Part shown: positions 1 through 10,177 of the stretch, one piece after another
How positions within the stretch are numbered: the stretch's first letter is position 1
Layout: each line of letters opens with the position of its first letter
IMG/VR virus record: IMGVR_UViG_3300020045_006418
Coordinates: 1-53,901 of that record
DNA: 53,901 nt
From: a virus
Lineage: Duplodnaviria; Caudoviricetes
Direction: 5' to 3' (one strand)
The notes under the pieces: generated by a model
Told to the model about the DNA's origin: nothing
What the model saw: only the letters and a program-made list of their open reading frames with translations
Database searches by the model: none
Made by a program: the position numbers and the translations under genes

Positions 1-1
1 T

Positions 2-184
2 AGCGGAAAATGTGCTAAATGTGGAGATACTGATTTCAATTTCCAAAGCTCATTTAGCGGTGAGGATCCACAAGGTAAAACTGAGGTACCAGTCGTAGAT
101 GTTAGTGCGGAGGCTTTGTATGAGAAATTCTCTAACAATTCTATGGCTATCGGTAGAAAGCCTAGAACAACAACGGAAGATTAA
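2..184 (+). CDS. 3' end of an ORF entering the window (position suggests prohead protease/scaffold)
   Basis: Frame 2 is open from the window edge (SGKCAKCGDTDF...PRTTTED) to TAA at 182-184, directly before the head genes. Confidence 0.5.
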   Translation, partial: SGKCAKCGDTDFNFQSSFSGEDPQGKTEVPVVDVSAEALYEKFSNNSMAIGRKPRTTTED

Positions 185-216
185 TCAAAAATTATAAACC
201 TTTAAATATTTAAGAT

Positions 217-648
217 ATGTATACATTAGGAACAACACCTGTTACAATCTGCAAACTAGAAGAAAGCTATTCTCTTAACATAGGTGTTATTTCAACTCCT
301 ATTGTACAAAGAGGTCAAATGGTTAAATTAGTTCCTGCAGATGGAACTGTAGTTGCGGTTGCTGCGGTAACTGACAAACCATTTGGAATGGTAGTAGCTG
401 GTAATACTGAGGCTAATAGTCTTATTACTGTGCAAACTGAATTTAATGCAGTTGTGAGATGCGCTGCAGACGGTGCAATTGCTATCGGAGATCAGGTATC
501 ATGCTCAGGCGTGCAAACTACAGGGGAGAAATTAAGTAAATTCAAAAAATCGGTAGCAACTAACGTTGTTTCGGGTATTGCGTTATCTGCAGGAGCAGAT
601 ACTGAAAGCGTAATGATCGGAATCTTACGTACAAGTTCAATCCTGTAA
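217..648 (+). CDS. head decoration / capsid cement protein
   Basis: 143 aa, rich in small residues and beta-strands (AIAIGDQV, VSGIALS), immediately upstream of the major capsid gene. Confidence 0.65.
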   Translation: MYTLGTTPVTICKLEESYSLNIGVISTPIVQRGQMVKLVPADGTVVAVAAVTDKPFGMVVAGNTEANSLITVQTEFNAVVRCAADGAIAIGDQVSCSGVQTTGEKLSKFKKSVATNVVSGIALSAGADTESVMIGILRTSSIL

Positions 649-672
649 TGTATAACCAATAAAAAGACAAAA

Positions 673-1899
673 ATGACTAGAATAGCTGATACATTCGACA
701 AGAGAGCGGCATTAGTACACGCTACGGTAGCACTTCACAAAGGGGTTGCTCCATCTCCTACATGGGTTCCAGAAAAACCAGAGCTTTTAAGTGCTGATGC
801 AGTGAAAGCAAATATTATGCTGGATTTCAAAGAGGCAGTTACACAGGCTGACGTTCTTAGAGCTGGTGGGAAAGTAAAGCGTCCAATTGATTTATCATTG
901 GAAGGGCTTGTAAAAGAAAAATTCGGTTTTGGATCAGTTGACAGCTTTTACGCTGCGATTGGTGTAAATCCATCATTTCATACAATGGACAGTTTGGCGT
1001 CTATGTCAGACTTCAACGAAGGATACAGATGGTTATTGCCAGAAGTAGTTCGTGCCGCTGTAAGCTTAGGATTGAGAAAAAATCCTATCTATCCTGATTT
1101 GATCGCTGCAGAGGAAAATGTTGACCAAAAGAAAGTAACTCTTCCATCTATCAATATGTCAGACGCTACGCCTGAGGTTATTGGTGAGACTGAAACAATT
1201 CCAGTTGGTACTGTTTCTTTTGATGAGAGAGATATTAAATTGAAAAAAATCGGTACAGGTATCAAGGTATCTGACGAGGTTCAAAAATATGTTTCTTTAA
1301 ACATTTTATCTTTGTATCTTCAAGATGCTGGGGTGAAATTAGGTCTAGGTATGGATACTATGGCTATCGACGTTCTATTGAACGGAGACGGTGGTACTTT
1401 TCCATATTCTGCTCCGGTTATTGGTGTTAATAGTACTACTGACGGAATTGTTTATTTTGATTTGTTGAGAGCTTGGATCCGTATGGGACGTTTAGGAAGA
1501 TTACCTTCTACAATGTTGTCAAACGAAAACGCCGCTTTGAAAGTGTTACAGCTTCCAGAGTTCAAAGGTGCGAACTACAACAACAAAAAACAAAATATCA
1601 ATATCAAAACTCCGATCCCACAATCTCAGGATTATTTGGTTCACGGAGCTATGCCATCTACACAAATTTTAGGTTTGTTAGACAATACGGCAGCGTTGTT
1701 GAAATTGAACGCCACGGCTTTACAAGTAGAATCTGCTCGTATTGCTGAAAGACAAATGAACGGTACTTACGTAACTATCACAACTGGTTTCGCTAAATTG
1801 TTCAGAGATGCTTTCTTATTGATTGATGGTACTCAGTTATTTACTGACTTTCCAGCTTTCATGAACGTGAACGCTGCAGAGAGTGTAGTTATTAAATAA
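673..1899 (+). CDS. major capsid protein (HK97-like fold)
   Basis: 408 aa; PEVIGETETIP...KKIGTGIKVSDE segment typical of capsid proteins; biased codon usage; position in the head module. Confidence 0.85.
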   Translation: MTRIADTFDKRAALVHATVALHKGVAPSPTWVPEKPELLSADAVKANIMLDFKEAVTQADVLRAGGKVKRPIDLSLEGLVKEKFGFGSVDSFYAAIGVNPSFHTMDSLASMSDFNEGYRWLLPEVVRAAVSLGLRKNPIYPDLIAAEENVDQKKVTLPSINMSDATPEVIGETETIPVGTVSFDERDIKLKKIGTGIKVSDEVQKYVSLNILSLYLQDAGVKLGLGMDTMAIDVLLNGDGGTFPYSAPVIGVNSTTDGIVYFDLLRAWIRMGRLGRLPSTMLSNENAALKVLQLPEFKGANYNNKKQNINIKTPIPQSQDYLVHGAMPSTQILGLLDNTAALLKLNATALQVESARIAERQMNGTYVTITTGFAKLFRDAFLLIDGTQLFTDFPAFMNVNAAESVVIK

Positions 1900-1929
1900 T
1901 TTTCGTTGAATTTTTAAAAACATTTAGTT

Positions 1930-2409
1930 ATGTCTAAAATATATGTAGTTTTAAGAGATAAGGGTACCATCTTTCATGATGGTACTCAGGATGTATCCGT
2001 GACAGGATTGCTTCCAACAGAGGTGAAGCCTACGGCCAAAATCACTAAAGCCATTCAGGATGGTATTTTGATTAAAGTGGACGAAAAAGAAGCTGAGGCT
2101 TTGATTGCCAAAGACGCTGGTAAAACCAAAGCGTCAGCAAAAGCTGATAATGATCTTAGAGATAAGATTGCAGAGCTTGAAGCAAGTAACAAAACCCTGA
2201 CTACTCAGGCGGAAGAGGCTGCAACCAAACTGAAAGCAGTTGAAGGAGAACGCGATGAGTTCAAAACTAAAGTGGAAGAGGTAGCTTCAATTAATGTTCA
2301 ATTGTCTGCTGACTTGAACACTGCGGTTAATGATTTAGCCGCAAAAAACGAGGCTTATGATACTTTAAAAGCTTCTATTAAAGAGGATCCAAAGGATACT
2401 AAAAAATAA
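1930..2409 (+). CDS. hypothetical head-module protein with C-terminal coiled coil
   Basis: 159 aa ORF between capsid gene and terminator; heptad-like C-terminal half. Confidence 0.6.
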   Translation: MSKIYVVLRDKGTIFHDGTQDVSVTGLLPTEVKPTAKITKAIQDGILIKVDEKEAEALIAKDAGKTKASAKADNDLRDKIAELEASNKTLTTQAEEAATKLKAVEGERDEFKTKVEEVASINVQLSADLNTAVNDLAAKNEAYDTLKASIKEDPKDTKK

Positions 2410-2432
2410 GAAAATTTTTAATCGATAAAGCT

Positions 2433-2476
2433 AAAAGCCTTCTAAAAAGTTAAAGACTTTTGGGAGGCTTTTTTTC
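2433..2476 (+). terminator. rho-independent terminator
   Basis: AAAAGCCTTCTAAAAAGT-taaag-ACTTTTTGGGAGGCTTTT followed by a T-tract. Confidence 0.8.
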
Positions 2477-2495
2477 TTTTCTAAATTTAGTGATT

Positions 2496-3098
2496 ATGTC
2501 AGAAGCACCAGACCACAGAAGAAATGATTTATACATACAGGAGATGGTTTATAACCGTTTGCCTTTCCTAGCCAGAACAGATAACAATAACACTTTGATA
2601 AGTACGTACACTTATGAGGTGATGTTAGAATTAGAAGTGTGCTTTCAGGTGGATGCAGATTTGGCAGAAGGAGAACAGAGTAATGTGGGTAATGAGGCCG
2701 TTTATAGCATGCCACAAAAGGTTATTATTGCCGATGTTGTTGCGGTGGAAATTATCATTATGAAAATTGCCGGAAATATGGGCGGTACTGCCACAGGCGA
2801 TGAGGATGGAACCAACCAAAGCAAATACCTGAAAAAAGCAAAAGCCGGATCTGTAGAGACGGAGTGGGATCAGTTTGATGTGAAAAAAGGCGGGGCATTG
2901 ACTTCTAGCTCAGATGCACTTTTGAAAATGTACCAACAATCAGCTTCGAGAAAATCATCTTTATTGGGCTGTACGATTTGTTGGGGAACCGATGGTATGG
3001 AGGTATCATGTGGATGCGGAGATAAAGAAGTGGCCAAATTTATTGTGGTGGCTCATAACGGATGTGGAACGGTCGTAGACCCAGAAGAAAGAGGATAA
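2496..3098 (+). CDS. putative head-tail adaptor
   Basis: ATG at 2496 after the terminator; LKKAKAGSVETEW motif resembles adaptor proteins; position. Confidence 0.55.
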   Translation: MSEAPDHRRNDLYIQEMVYNRLPFLARTDNNNTLISTYTYEVMLELEVCFQVDADLAEGEQSNVGNEAVYSMPQKVIIADVVAVEIIIMKIAGNMGGTATGDEDGTNQSKYLKKAKAGSVETEWDQFDVKKGGALTSSSDALLKMYQQSASRKSSLLGCTICWGTDGMEVSCGCGDKEVAKFIVVAHNGCGTVVDPEERG

Positions 3099-3099
3099 T

Positions 3100-3543
3100 A
3101 TGGATTTACTTAGCGATGCAGAAAGAAGCGACATACGCAATGCTGTAAAGGATCTTACTGATACTTTTGCAAAAAGTCCTGTTACTTATAAGTTTTTCAC
3201 GGAAGCTTTGGATAGGTTCGAGGAGGATCGTACTCCGGTTTATGTAACGTATAATTTGATGGCTCTGGAAGAAGCAAGCCAGTCCACAACTGATTATATG
3301 AAGGAATTTAACCATGAGGGTAGCAGGGACGATGGAGATGTTAAACTTACTTTCAATTTGGAGGATTTGGATGCTCAGGGATTGATCGCTACCGATTGGG
3401 GACATAAATTGCAGATTGAATCCGATTATTTTATACTGAAAGGAAAGGTACACAAAGTAATAGATGTATATTTAGACGGTCCGCTGACGGATAAGAACTG
3501 TTTAGTGATTGTTGTAGGTAAGTTAGCAGATAAAGTTTTTTAA
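3100..3543 (+). CDS. putative head closure protein
   Basis: 147 aa, beta-rich C-terminus (DYFILKGKVHKVIDV); position in the neck module. Confidence 0.5.
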   Translation: MDLLSDAERSDIRNAVKDLTDTFAKSPVTYKFFTEALDRFEEDRTPVYVTYNLMALEEASQSTTDYMKEFNHEGSRDDGDVKLTFNLEDLDAQGLIATDWGHKLQIESDYFILKGKVHKVIDVYLDGPLTDKNCLVIVVGKLADKVF

Positions 3544-3560
3544 TTCATTACAGAGGAGCT

Positions 3561-4052
3561 ATGGCAATCAAAAAGATAGGACAGTGGGAAAAAGTAGCTT
3601 ATTTGGTCGGGCACATGGGAGCCGAGATGAAAAAAGCACAGCTTATGTCTTTAAAGAGATTTGGTCTGAAAGCAGAAGGGAATGCAAAAAGCCACATGTC
3701 GAAACAAGATTTGGGGTGGACTGCTTTGAAACCTGCGACAATTTCGGCCAAAATACGTAAAGGATATTCTGAAAACATTCTGATTGCTACAAGTAGCTAT
3801 TTTCAATCTATTACAAGCTGGGTAGATGAGGCAGAGATGAAAACCCATGTCGGGGTTAAAAAAGGTGCTAAGGGAAAAGATGGTGAGGTACTCGAAGATA
3901 TTGCTGCAGTGCATGAATATGGAAGCAGATCCGGAGGAATTCCCGCAAGACCTTTGTGGAGACCAGTGTTTGCTGAGACTCTGGAGTGGTTTAAGACAAG
4001 TGATAGCAGACCGGGCATTATCTTTATGAATAACATTAAAAAATACCTATAA
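3561..4052 (+). CDS. neck / virion morphogenesis protein (HK97 gp10 / Mu gpG-like)
   Basis: WTALKPAT, IAAVHEYG and IPARPLWRP motifs. Confidence 0.75.
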   Translation: MAIKKIGQWEKVAYLVGHMGAEMKKAQLMSLKRFGLKAEGNAKSHMSKQDLGWTALKPATISAKIRKGYSENILIATSSYFQSITSWVDEAEMKTHVGVKKGAKGKDGEVLEDIAAVHEYGSRSGGIPARPLWRPVFAETLEWFKTSDSRPGIIFMNNIKKYL

Positions 4053-4729
4053 TGGAAGAAGTAAATTTAGAATCTTTGGACAGGACTATATTCGAATTAT
4101 TGCGTTTGAGGCTAGTGGCTATAGGCTATTTGCCGGACATAACTTTGTTTAGTACACTGGCCGAATATGAAGCAGAAAAGAAAGCTTGGGAAGCTGATCC
4201 GAGTAAAACGCTGGTTGAGGTTTTCGGTGTAGGGCCATCTAAAGCCAGAAACAGAAAAGAGTCTCACAGAATACTGATAGACAGGAAAAAATCTAGTGTT
4301 GGATCTTTGGGAGGAAATACGATTCATTACACAGAGAATGCGGAGGAACTTCCAGACGAGGATTTTAAACGATTCACTAAAAGGAGGAGACCGGAAAATA
4401 CATTCAATGTCCATTACGAAATTAGAATCATTACGGACTCGGCCAGAGTGGATAGAAAACTAAGTGATGTTATCTATTCCGGATTAGGAACCAAAAGAGC
4501 TACCAAACTGTTTGAGGGAAATGATTTTGGAGATAAGCTTGCTTTGCTGGTTTACGATGATGATGTGGATGTGAGCAGTACTGATTTTATTGAAAGAATG
4601 TATCAGTACTCTTTTATGGACGTTTGGCTAGATAGCACCTCTGAGGTACTTAGTGATAATATCGCACCGATATTGGAGATTACAATGGAAATTAATGATG
4701 AAGTGCAGGAAATAGTTAAGCCAGAGTAG
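4052..4729 (+). CDS. putative tail terminator / completion protein
   Basis: 225 aa directly upstream of the sheath gene. Confidence 0.5.
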   Translation: MEEVNLESLDRTIFELLRLRLVAIGYLPDITLFSTLAEYEAEKKAWEADPSKTLVEVFGVGPSKARNRKESHRILIDRKKSSVGSLGGNTIHYTENAEELPDEDFKRFTKRRRPENTFNVHYEIRIITDSARVDRKLSDVIYSGLGTKRATKLFEGNDFGDKLALLVYDDDVDVSSTDFIERMYQYSFMDVWLDSTSEVLSDNIAPILEITMEINDEVQEIVKPE

Positions 4730-4797
4730 TTTGGGCAGATAGAGAAATAATTAGTAATATTGCAATACAAATAAAAGTAATCTAAAACAAAAATAAT

Positions 4798-6330
4798 ATG
4801 GGACTTAACGCACAAGGAGCAGCCAAAGTACAGGGGGATGTGGTAGATTTATCCGTTCTCATTGCAACTGGGTTAAAAGGTATCCACGCTTTTTTTGGTG
4901 AAACAGAGAGAGGGGAAGAAGGTAAGACTGTGCTTATAGGCTCTTGGACAGAGTATAAAAAAACATTTGGAGGTCTTTTGACTACAAGTGATTTTCCACT
5001 GTTATGTAAGAGAGCACTAGAGGCTGGTTGCAAACTACGAATTGGTAGAGTGTTGCACTACACCGACCCAACGGATAAAAGTACTGTAACAGGTACTAAG
5101 GCTGCTGGAGTGATAGGTGCTATGGACTTTAGAGCCAAAAGTATTGGGGCAGGTGAAACGTTTAAAGTAACTACAACGGCTACAGCCGGAATGTCTGGTT
5201 ATTTTGATTTCGTTATCCAAAATCCGGCAGGGGAGGAAGTTGGAAGAGTTACTCAGGTAAAAACTCCACTTATTGAAGCTGACAGGGTAAGGGTAAATGC
5301 TTCAAACAACGGAGTAGAATTATTAACGTCGTCACTTGGTGATGCGATCACAGCCGGAACAATTACGTTATCCGGAGGTGCAAATACAGGTACAGTGGTT
5401 GCGGCCGATTATATCGGAGATACAAACGCAGTTACAGGTATTCACGTATTCGATCAGGACAATGATTTTGTTAGAATATCATGCCCTGCTATTGCAATTC
5501 CGGCCGTAGATATTGCTTTGGTAGCTTATGTTGTAGGTAGACAAGATTGTAGAGCAATTTTGCGTACTCCTATCGGAATTTCCGGAACTGTAGGTATTGA
5601 CTACAGAGAAGGTACTGGAAGCTATTCTCATTCTCCGGTAAATACTTGGTTGGCTTCAATGATCTTCGGAACATTACAAGTTACACACCCAGTTACCAGT
5701 GATGAGGTTTCAATTCCTGCAATTGCTGATGTTGCCGCTAAAATGTCCGGAAAAGACAATAACAGCGTAGCATGGTTTGCGGCGGCAGGTCCGGAAAGAG
5801 GTAGAATCTACAATACAATTGGGGTTCAATACAATTTAGGAACTGCAGCGAGAAATACAGAATTTGATAACGTGGATAACCACGGGTTAAATGCTGTAAT
5901 TGACGATACAGATTTTGGTCCGGTTTATTGGGGTAATGGAACTATGCAAAAAGCAGATACACTTTTGAAATTTGAAAATGTGGCCGATTTGGTTATTTTC
6001 ATTTTGAGAGGTGTTAAGCCTTTGGCAAAATCGGTTTTATTCAATCCGAATGACGTGGATACTTGGAAAGCAATCTATCGTAAGGTTCGCCCATTTATGG
6101 AGCAAATCAAAGCTGGTAGAGGTGTTTGGGATTATTTGTATCAGGGAGATCAGGATATCGAAAATATCAGCGAAGCTGTGGTAAATACTCCGGCGGATGT
6201 GGATAAAGGTAAATATCGTTTTATTATTTGGATTCAGCCGAAAGTGGCTTTGAAATACGTAGGGTTTGAGATTACGGTAACTAACTCTGGTGTGAGTTTT
6301 GAGGAAATTTCTGGACAACCAACAGTTTAA
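4798..6330 (+). CDS. contractile tail sheath protein
   Basis: 510 aa; FFGETERG, WFAAAGPERG, VYWGNGT, LFNPND..TW and IWIQP motifs of sheath proteins. Confidence 0.92.
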   Translation: MGLNAQGAAKVQGDVVDLSVLIATGLKGIHAFFGETERGEEGKTVLIGSWTEYKKTFGGLLTTSDFPLLCKRALEAGCKLRIGRVLHYTDPTDKSTVTGTKAAGVIGAMDFRAKSIGAGETFKVTTTATAGMSGYFDFVIQNPAGEEVGRVTQVKTPLIEADRVRVNASNNGVELLTSSLGDAITAGTITLSGGANTGTVVAADYIGDTNAVTGIHVFDQDNDFVRISCPAIAIPAVDIALVAYVVGRQDCRAILRTPIGISGTVGIDYREGTGSYSHSPVNTWLASMIFGTLQVTHPVTSDEVSIPAIADVAAKMSGKDNNSVAWFAAAGPERGRIYNTIGVQYNLGTAARNTEFDNVDNHGLNAVIDDTDFGPVYWGNGTMQKADTLLKFENVADLVIFILRGVKPLAKSVLFNPNDVDTWKAIYRKVRPFMEQIKAGRGVWDYLYQGDQDIENISEAVVNTPADVDKGKYRFIIWIQPKVALKYVGFEITVTNSGVSFEEISGQPTV

Positions 6331-6348
6331 CTATAAAATTTAAAAGAA

Positions 6349-6780
6349 ATGGGAAGAAAGACCTTTAACTTCGCCTTAGAGATCGACGGCGTAGATCAAA
6401 TACTTTTCCAAGATGTAAAAAAGCCAGATTATGAAATTGGGGCTGTACTTCACGGAGTTGGAGATGGGAAAGATTCGAAAGAAGCCGGCGGTGTGACGAT
6501 TGCAGATGCCGAGCTACAAAAAATAAAAGCGTCAGAAACTGGAGACAGTTGGGCGTGGGATTGGATTCAGACAGCGATCACAAGTGCTCCGAGTTCGTAC
6601 AAAAAAGATGTAGTATTCAAAGAATACGCTGACGATAAAACCACAGTCCTAAACCGTTTCTTATGGGTAGGATGCTGGGTTAGAAAAATATCAGAAAGTA
6701 ACTGGAAACGCGGTAACAAATCTGAAAATACCATTGAGACGGTAACGTTGTCAGTGGATGATGTGATAAAATTGCTTTAA
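6349..6780 (+). CDS. tail tube protein (T4 gp19-like)
   Basis: FNFALEIDG, WAWDWI, YKKD, GCW and IETVTLSVD; follows the sheath gene. Confidence 0.85.
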   Translation: MGRKTFNFALEIDGVDQILFQDVKKPDYEIGAVLHGVGDGKDSKEAGGVTIADAELQKIKASETGDSWAWDWIQTAITSAPSSYKKDVVFKEYADDKTTVLNRFLWVGCWVRKISESNWKRGNKSENTIETVTLSVDDVIKLL

Positions 6781-6804
6781 ATCTGCTCTTTTATATCTGG
6801 AAGT

Positions 6805-6836
6805 AAAAAACCTCTGTCACTTGGCAGAGGTTTTTT
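6805..6836 (+). terminator. rho-independent terminator
   Basis: AAAAAACCTCTGTC-actt-GGCAGAGGTTTTTT. Confidence 0.85.
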
Positions 6837-6839
6837 CAT

Positions 6840-6870
6840 TTTGTGCGCGGAGCATAATTATGTACTTTTG
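6840..6870 (+). promoter_or_regulatory. Bacteroidota-type promoter
   Basis: TTTG (6840-6843), 19-nt spacer, TACTTTTG (6863-6870), matching the -33 TTTG / -7 TAnnTTTG consensus. Confidence 0.7.
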
Positions 6871-6904
6871 CTAATGACATAATATTAATTTTAAATACTG
6901 AATT

Positions 6905-7699
6905 ATGAATACACATGTTTTTAAATTACCGAGCGGTGTAGAGATGGAAGTTACCGAACTTACCGGAAAACAACAAAGATTGCTAACAGAGCAAAACAAA
7001 AAGAATCACCAAGAGAAGCTGGCTGATATGCTGGCATCTGTCACAGTACGTCTGGGATCCAATACCAGTGTGACAAGTGATTTTATTCAGAATGAAATGC
7101 TGGCCTGTGATATTAAATTTGCACTTACGGAAGTACGCCAGTTTTCTTTGGATTTTGACACTACATTTTGTTTTGTGCATAAATACAAAGATATTAAAGG
7201 CGTGAAGCGTGAGATCACGATTGAGGAAGATATTCCAGATGGACATTTTCCAATGACTACAGTTAAAAAAGCCGTGAAGGACAAAGAGGGTAACACTATT
7301 TTAGAGGATGCCAATTGTGCCGAGTACGGAGAAATCCAAAAAGAGGTTATTATCACACTTCCTAAAAGTGGTAGAGAGGTACGTTTCACAATGCAGGACG
7401 GAAAAGGATCTAATGTAGGAGTACTAACTCCAAAGGCAGATCGTAGCTCACATACGCCAATTAAAATGCGTAGACCTGTTTATTTTGAGGATAACAAAAA
7501 AGGCTCTAAAGTTCCAATCCAATTGGATTTGGATGCATTGAACATTAAGGATATTGAATTTTTGAGAAAAACTATCAAAGATTACGAAGGGAATGTAGAT
7601 ACAGAGCTTATGTTGGAAAATCCGGAAGTAGGTGAGAAAGAGTTAATTGTAGATGTTTTAGGGTCGATAGCTTTTTTCTTCCCATCGGAAGCGATATAG
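6905..7699 (+). CDS. tail assembly chaperone (G-like)
   Basis: Between tube and tape measure genes; FKLPSG / ITLPKSG duplicated motif; ends ...AFFFPSEAI. Confidence 0.75.
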   Translation: MNTHVFKLPSGVEMEVTELTGKQQRLLTEQNKKNHQEKLADMLASVTVRLGSNTSVTSDFIQNEMLACDIKFALTEVRQFSLDFDTTFCFVHKYKDIKGVKREITIEEDIPDGHFPMTTVKKAVKDKEGNTILEDANCAEYGEIQKEVIITLPKSGREVRFTMQDGKGSNVGVLTPKADRSSHTPIKMRRPVYFEDNKKGSKVPIQLDLDALNIKDIEFLRKTIKDYEGNVDTELMLENPEVGEKELIVDVLGSIAFFFPSEAI

Positions 7700-7863
7700 A
7701 TTACGACTATTGCTTTCTAACCTATGATAGTGGACTGCCTTTATCACCAGACGATTTTGATGCTTTAACCTACAGAAGGAGGGAGAAGCTTATGGAATGG
7801 ATGAGAAAGCAGAAAGATATAGAGACAAAACAAGTAGAAAAGGCTAAAGCCGGAAAAGCTTAA
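7672..7863 (+). CDS. -1 frameshift extension of the tail chaperone (GT-like)
   Basis: Slippery T_TTT_TTC at 7672-7678; the -1 frame is open to TAA at 7861-7863, just before the tape measure ATG. Confidence 0.75.
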   Translation, partial: FFLPIGSDIDYDYCFLTYDSGLPLSPDDFDALTYRRREKLMEWMRKQKDIETKQVEKAKAGKA

Positions 7864-7867
7864 TAAT

Positions 7868-10177
7868 ATGGGACTAGGTACATTCAGTGGCGGAGGTTTA
7901 GGTTTTGGAGTAGCTTTCGTATTGGAGGATTACTTCTCAGATGCAGCGAGTACCATCGAGAGACGTATGGGTCAACTTGGAGGTTATACTCAGGAGATGG
8001 CCGATAGTATAGAGAGATCAATGAATCAAATGAAAATAGGAGCAGCATTGGTGGCCGTAGGGTCGGCAATTCTAGCTCCTTTCGTTGCTGGTATAGGAGC
8101 TGCATCCGATCTGGAGGAGAACATAAATAAAAACCGAGTCGCGTTTGGGGAGTACTCCAAAGAGGTAGAAGATTTCGCTGCAGGAGCTTTGGACAAGTTT
8201 GGTATTGACAAAATACAAGCTTTAGACATGACTTCATTATTTGGAGATATGGGTACAGGTATGGGATTCGATAAACAGGCCTCTGCAGAAATGTCGAAAA
8301 CATTAGTAGGATTGGCCGGAGATTTATCTTCATTCAAGAATATTTCTGCAGATATGTCACAAACAGCACTTAAAGGAATTTTTACCGGAGAAACCGAAAG
8401 TTTGAAAAACTTGGGGATTGTAATGACTGAGGCAAATTTACAGTCTTATGCAGCAACTCAGGGAATAAATAAAAACTTTAAGGATCTTAGTCAAACTGAG
8501 AAGGTTATGCTGAGGTTCAATTACGTTATGGACATGTCTAAAAATGCTATGGGGGATTTTGCCAGAACCTCAGACGGATACGCGAATTCTAAAAGGGTTT
8601 TTGAAGGATCTATCAAAGAAATATCTGCGACACTTGGAGGCATATTGATGCCTATAGTTGCAAAAGCTTTCCAAAGTATGACTGGGTTAATGAAAAACCT
8701 TAAAGCATTTTCAGAAACTCCAATGGGTAGAAATGTGATGATAGGAGTAGCGGCTTTAGGTGCTTTTCTGGTAGTAGGAGGTTTAGCTCTTATTTTAATA
8801 GGAGGTTTGAGATTTGGGGTGCTAAAAATGGCAGACGCTTTCGGAGCTAGTACCAAAGCTAAAATAATTGATACCATAGCAACAAAAGGATTGAGTGCCG
8901 GACTGAGAGAAATGGGAGCATCTTTATGGATTTCATTAGGTCCTCTTCTTTTAATAGTGGCTGCAATTGCAGTCTTTGCTTATGTAGCAAATGAGGCTTG
9001 GGATATGGTCACGCAGGGTGAGGAGACTATGGTACGTTTTGGCATGGTTTTATTCTATCTATTGGGACCTATAGGATGGATAATAGGAGCAGTAGCCGGC
9101 ATCTATAGGGGATTCAAAGAATTAAATGAATGGAAAGGAGATCAGGGTGGTATTATAGGTTTCTTTATGCGAGTAGCCGGAGTTATAGAGGCAGTAGGAG
9201 AAATTTGGGAGAGTTTCAATGGGGAAACTTTTACCCTTACAGATGAATTAGCCTCTAAACTTGAAGATATGGGAATACTAGATTTTGTAATAGAATTAGG
9301 TACGTGGGTTTCTAGGATTAAGATGTTTTTAAGTAGTGTTATAGATACAGTTAGGGACGGTTTTAATGATATGGGACAGCATATATCTGAGGTGTGGGAT
9401 AGACTAAAACAATCTTTTGAGGGTATAGGAGAAAAGTTAAGCAGTATATGGGAAAAACTAAAAGTTTTATTTGCCCCAGTAGTAGAGATGATAGGCAAAC
9501 TTTTGGAGAAATTGGGTTTTGGAAAAGGAAAACTGGAGACTTGGGGAGATGCCGGAAAATTAGTTGGGGACATTATTGTAGGGGCTATAAGTGGTATTTT
9601 AGATGTATTAATATTTTTAATAGAAGTAATAGTCTGGGTTATAGACGCAGTATTATGGCTGGTAGATACTTTTTTGAGCGGGGCTCAATGGATTAAAGAT
9701 GGTATATCCGGAATTATAGATTTTATATTTGAGATGATTGATGCACTATTTCAAGTGGCTTCGATGGCTTATGATGTAGGAGTATCCTTCATGACTAACA
9801 TCTGGGAAGGGCTAAAATCTATGTGGGAAAGTGTTTGGGCTTGGCTACAGGAAACTGTAGGAGGTGCTATCAACATCCTAGCTGATCCTCTTGGGGCAAT
9901 TGGGGACGGATTATCAGCCGTTGGGAACTTCTTAGGAATAGGAGGCGATGAGGAAGGTGCTGGAACTGGCAAGCCTGCAGGGGCTGGAATAGCTTCAAAA
10001 GGAAAAGGAGGAGACGGACACCATATGCAATCTTCAAAATCTCCAAATGTGTTTAATAATAGCACTAATAATAACGGAGGCGGAGGAGGTCAAACAGTGG
10101 TGAACAATTACTTAGATGGAGAGTTGATCTCTCAAACTATGGTGGATAAGAAACAATTAAATGACGCTAGGAAATAA
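7868..10177 (+). CDS. tape measure protein
   Basis: 769 aa, helical, Ala/Gly-rich; GETESLKNLGIVMTEANL motif; hydrophobic segments and periodic Trp/Phe. Confidence 0.9.
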   Translation: MGLGTFSGGGLGFGVAFVLEDYFSDAASTIERRMGQLGGYTQEMADSIERSMNQMKIGAALVAVGSAILAPFVAGIGAASDLEENINKNRVAFGEYSKEVEDFAAGALDKFGIDKIQALDMTSLFGDMGTGMGFDKQASAEMSKTLVGLAGDLSSFKNISADMSQTALKGIFTGETESLKNLGIVMTEANLQSYAATQGINKNFKDLSQTEKVMLRFNYVMDMSKNAMGDFARTSDGYANSKRVFEGSIKEISATLGGILMPIVAKAFQSMTGLMKNLKAFSETPMGRNVMIGVAALGAFLVVGGLALILIGGLRFGVLKMADAFGASTKAKIIDTIATKGLSAGLREMGASLWISLGPLLLIVAAIAVFAYVANEAWDMVTQGEETMVRFGMVLFYLLGPIGWIIGAVAGIYRGFKELNEWKGDQGGIIGFFMRVAGVIEAVGEIWESFNGETFTLTDELASKLEDMGILDFVIELGTWVSRIKMFLSSVIDTVRDGFNDMGQHISEVWDRLKQSFEGIGEKLSSIWEKLKVLFAPVVEMIGKLLEKLGFGKGKLETWGDAGKLVGDIIVGAISGILDVLIFLIEVIVWVIDAVLWLVDTFLSGAQWIKDGISGIIDFIFEMIDALFQVASMAYDVGVSFMTNIWEGLKSMWESVWAWLQETVGGAINILADPLGAIGDGLSAVGNFLGIGGDEEGAGTGKPAGAGIASKGKGGDGHHMQSSKSPNVFNNSTNNNGGGGGQTVVNNYLDGELISQTMVDKKQLNDARK

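Noticed and set aside
2460-2495. Longer TTG/GTG starts in the ORF track (also 13498, 23480, 29358, 49901)
   Set aside because: These extensions run through terminators, promoters or upstream genes; downstream ATG starts fit better
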